From the human T2T-CHM13v2.0 reference genome, Homo sapiens, in assembly GCA_009914755.4 (NCBI GenBank), contig CP068257.2, positions 24,032,001 to 24,096,000 of the forward strand: DNA of 64,000 nt. The letters run 5' to 3'. Every line of letters begins with the position of its first letter. The first letter of the stretch is position 1. This document shows positions 61,142 through 64,000 of the stretch, piece after piece. Below the pieces are notes generated by a model. The model ran no database searches. It was given only the letters and a program-made list of their open reading frames with translations, and was not told the DNA's origin. Made by a program: the position numbers and the translations under genes.

Positions 61142-64000
61142 GTGAGTGCGGCCGCCGGGGAGGAGGGGAGCGCGGGCCCTCGCGGGCCGGCCTCGTTCCG
61201 GGGCCTTTTCCCCCACAAGGGCCCCCCCGCGGCCGCCTCTGTGTTTTGTTTCCGCTGGTCCCCGGCGCTGTGACTCCCATTTCCGTTCGTGGAGACTTGA
61301 GGGAGCCGGGTGGGGAGGGGCGGGAGAGGCTGTGCGGGGAGCGAAGGGGAGGGGCGGGGGGCGAGCGGCCTGGAGCCCGGGGGGACCGGGCACCGCCGGG
61401 ACCCGTGCCGGACGGGTCGCCTGTCGCCGCTCCCTCCTTTCCGCGTCCCCTCCTCGCCCGTCCGCACTCCTCAGCAGTCTCAGCCTGCTCAGCTGGGATG
61501 TGGTCCTGACGCCCCCGAGATTTTAAGAGCAAAATGCAGACCCTGTCTCATCGCGGGACTCAGCGATTCACTCATTTCAAATCCGCTCTCTTTATAGAAC
61601 AACACACACCAGAATCATTTATCAGCGTATATGGTAGCCATCTGGGTTTGTTTTTTTGTTTTTAAGCAAGGAAGTAAACCAAGGAGATAACAATGGGTTG
61701 TCTACTTGGAAATTTTTTTGTGTACTAGAAGACACGCTGTATGTGCGTGTTTGGATTTAGGGACCCCAGTTTGATCAGGTTAGCGGACCGAGAGGACAAT
61801 GCCTAATATTGCATTGCAAGATGATTAGAAATTTAGAAATAAAATTCATTTCATAAGTAGTTTCCACTAATAGCAGTAGGTCTGACTCGTGAGAAGAGCA
61901 AAGATTTAGCAGGATTCACTTGAGCGAATTGTAGAACGAGGCGGTGATAACATTCTTCGGTAGTGTTATCTTGAACTTCAGAAGAAACCGCTCAACTCTT
62001 TAGCAACTGCTTGAGGGACTAGCCTGTCTCTCAGGGTTCCATCCAGGCTTTCCAAGCTTCTTTATTTTTAGACATACAGTGACGCTGAGTGGACTTCAAG
62101 TCAATTTTACCTGAATTGTGTATACAAGAGCATCTGTCATGAGGCATGTATAGTAATGAAGTAATTAAATCATGAGCTAGATGTTAGGTTGAAGCAAATC
62201 ATCAGACCGAGTACTAAATTAAAACTGTTGACTTTAGCCTTCCCTCAACTCTTTATATATAAAACTCCAAACCTACAGAAGAATTGGGGAAAAAATCATG
62301 CAGTGAACACGCAGATACCCTTCACCTGAGGGTCCCAACTGTTAATCTTTCACTGTATGTGCTTTCTCTTTTTATATTACATAGATATGTATGCTTTGCT
62401 TTTTCTTAACTGCTACCTTTATTTTTGAAAATAAAAATGTCTTTTAATTTCCTCAGACACAGAAAAGCATTTGATAACTTAGGAAAATGTGCAGTTAATC
62501 TCGCAGGTACCCCCACACTCCACTTATAATATATTGGGAACAAAATGTTCTAAGCTCTGTAATAATGCTCTCCAATGAAGGACAATTCTCAAATTTATCT
62601 GTAGTTTCAAAAGGGAATGTTACACCTATCTGTATTTTAAAAGACACTAGCCGTTCCCAGAATTTTTCGTTAAATTCAAGTTTAGTTTGTATCCCATCTT
62701 GTGAAACATTCCGAACCCCAGGTTGGATTTAATCCAGCAGAACCAGAGTGTCAAAGTATATGAAATTGTTCTGTGCAGTTCTGGCGGGGGCAGCCCTTAG
62801 ACGGAGAAACTGCAAGTAATTTTCTCTCAGTTTTCCTAAGTATTGACATAGAAGCCTGAGGAATTGGTTTCAGAAAAAGAGATAAGACTCACTCAAAAAC
62901 TGATATGAAAGATTTGGACTATTTCTCAAATCTCTGTTTTGCTTCTCTGGACTAAGCATAGAGAACCAGGAGAGAAAGAAAGATTTAAGAGACTGAGTAA
63001 TATTTTTTGACAGATCATTTAAGAAACTGAGTAATTTTTTTTTTCTCCAAAAGGGCATGGGTTTTTGTTTTGTTTTGTTTTTTCTCTATTTGGCACTTTC
63101 TAGGGATTGGTCTATAAATTTTTTGAAAGATCATAGGATAAATTTCTTTGTAGCAACTTCCTATTTTAGTGTTTATGTTAGGGGAGCCCCAGGTGTCCCT
63201 GCTGATACGCCATTAGGGCCACTTCTCAGCCTCTGGCTACATCATAATGCTTTTTTTTCTATCTTGCCAAAGTTTCCAGAAAATTTATGTTTTCTAATTT
63301 TAAAAAAATTGGTTGTGGAGATGGGAGTGGACCTCTTTATAAGCCCTGAAAATAAGTGATTTTTTTTAAGTGCTATTCTGCTATAAACCTGATTCTCACT
63401 TTTTTCTGTAGACAACAGTTTTTTATAATATATCTATTTTGTGTGGACATTATTTCCTTTTAACCAATACTGAAATTCCATAGTGTATACTTTCTCCACA
63501 TTTTCTTTGATTAATACTTTCTTAAAATAGACACTTGGATTGGCACCAGCTGTCACCAATAAAGCTGCCCTGAACATTGTCAATCAATCCTGTTAACCAA
63601 TTTGAGAATTTTTCTGGAATGCTTAGTTAGGGATGAAATTGCTGGGTTATAGGTATGAGTATGCTTGATATACTTTTCTCCAGAATGTCTACACCTGTGT
63701 GTACACCACATCTCCAGAGATAGGGGAATCTTATGTCCCTGCTAACTGCTCTCGTTATTTAATTTTCTGACATTTGCCGCCGCCGCCGCCCCCTGCCCCC
63801 AACACACACATGGTATAAAGTGGTAGTTTCTTGTTTTAAATTGAACTTTTGAATGATTTGAATTTGGGCATTTCTTTGTATCCTGAGTTATTTTGGTTTC
63901 CCGTTATGTGAATATCCTTTTCCTATGCTTTAACTACTTTTCTAATTTGTCCCTTTTTTTGGTTATCAAATTCCAGGCCATTGTCTATTCCATCGTCACT

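Larger units (their letters stand above)
60050..61520. promoter_or_regulatory. CpG island / bidirectional promoter region (ATP5PF on the – strand, GABPA on the + strand)
   Basis: Abrupt shift to about 65-70% GC with dense CpG; head-to-head candidate first exons; the sites below. Confidence 0.8.

Noticed and set aside
60745-61532. 254-256-aa ORFs on both strands in the CpG island
   Set aside because: Extreme GC content removes stops; they are Ala/Gly/Pro/Arg-rich, lack splice framing, and the region behaves as promoter/5'UTR sequence
61560-64000. Search for GABPA coding exons (ATG…MTKREAEELIEIEIDG)
   Set aside because: No matching sequence; the region is AT-rich intron, so the coding exons must lie beyond the window

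Overview
Human genomic DNA from the chr21q21 JAM2–ATP5PF–GABPA neighbourhood; it is not prokaryotic. I found no novel biological system. The window holds coding exons 2–10 of JAM2 on the + strand and all three coding exons of ATP5PF (ATP5J) on the – strand. JAM2 exon 1 lies upstream of the window and no GABPA coding exon is present. The two genes are arranged tail-to-tail, converging on each other. At the right end, about 60.05–61.5 kb, there is a CpG island with the features of a bidirectional promoter. It carries an NRF-1 site, a YY1 initiator-type element, tandem ETS/GABP sites, a ZNF143 SBS-like motif and a TATA-like box. Candidate non-coding first exons run in both directions. I read them as ATP5PF exon 1 on the – strand and GABPA exon 1 on the + strand, but which donor belongs to which isoform is unresolved. 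Introns are dense with primate repeats: about 39 Alu copies, one full SVA retrotransposon with target-site duplication, three THE1/MST and two MLT1 MaLR solo LTRs, and MIR and L1 fragments. There are also several microsatellites, including GGAA and pyrimidine tracts derived from Alu tails. Exon coordinates were derived by translating the sequence and comparing with remembered JAM2 and ATP5J protein sequences, then placing GT-AG boundaries. Repeat family calls are from recognition of consensus sequences, and boundaries are accurate to about ±10 bp. All long ORFs in the track other than these exons fall in Alu, SVA-VNTR, microsatellite or CpG-island sequence and are judged non-coding.
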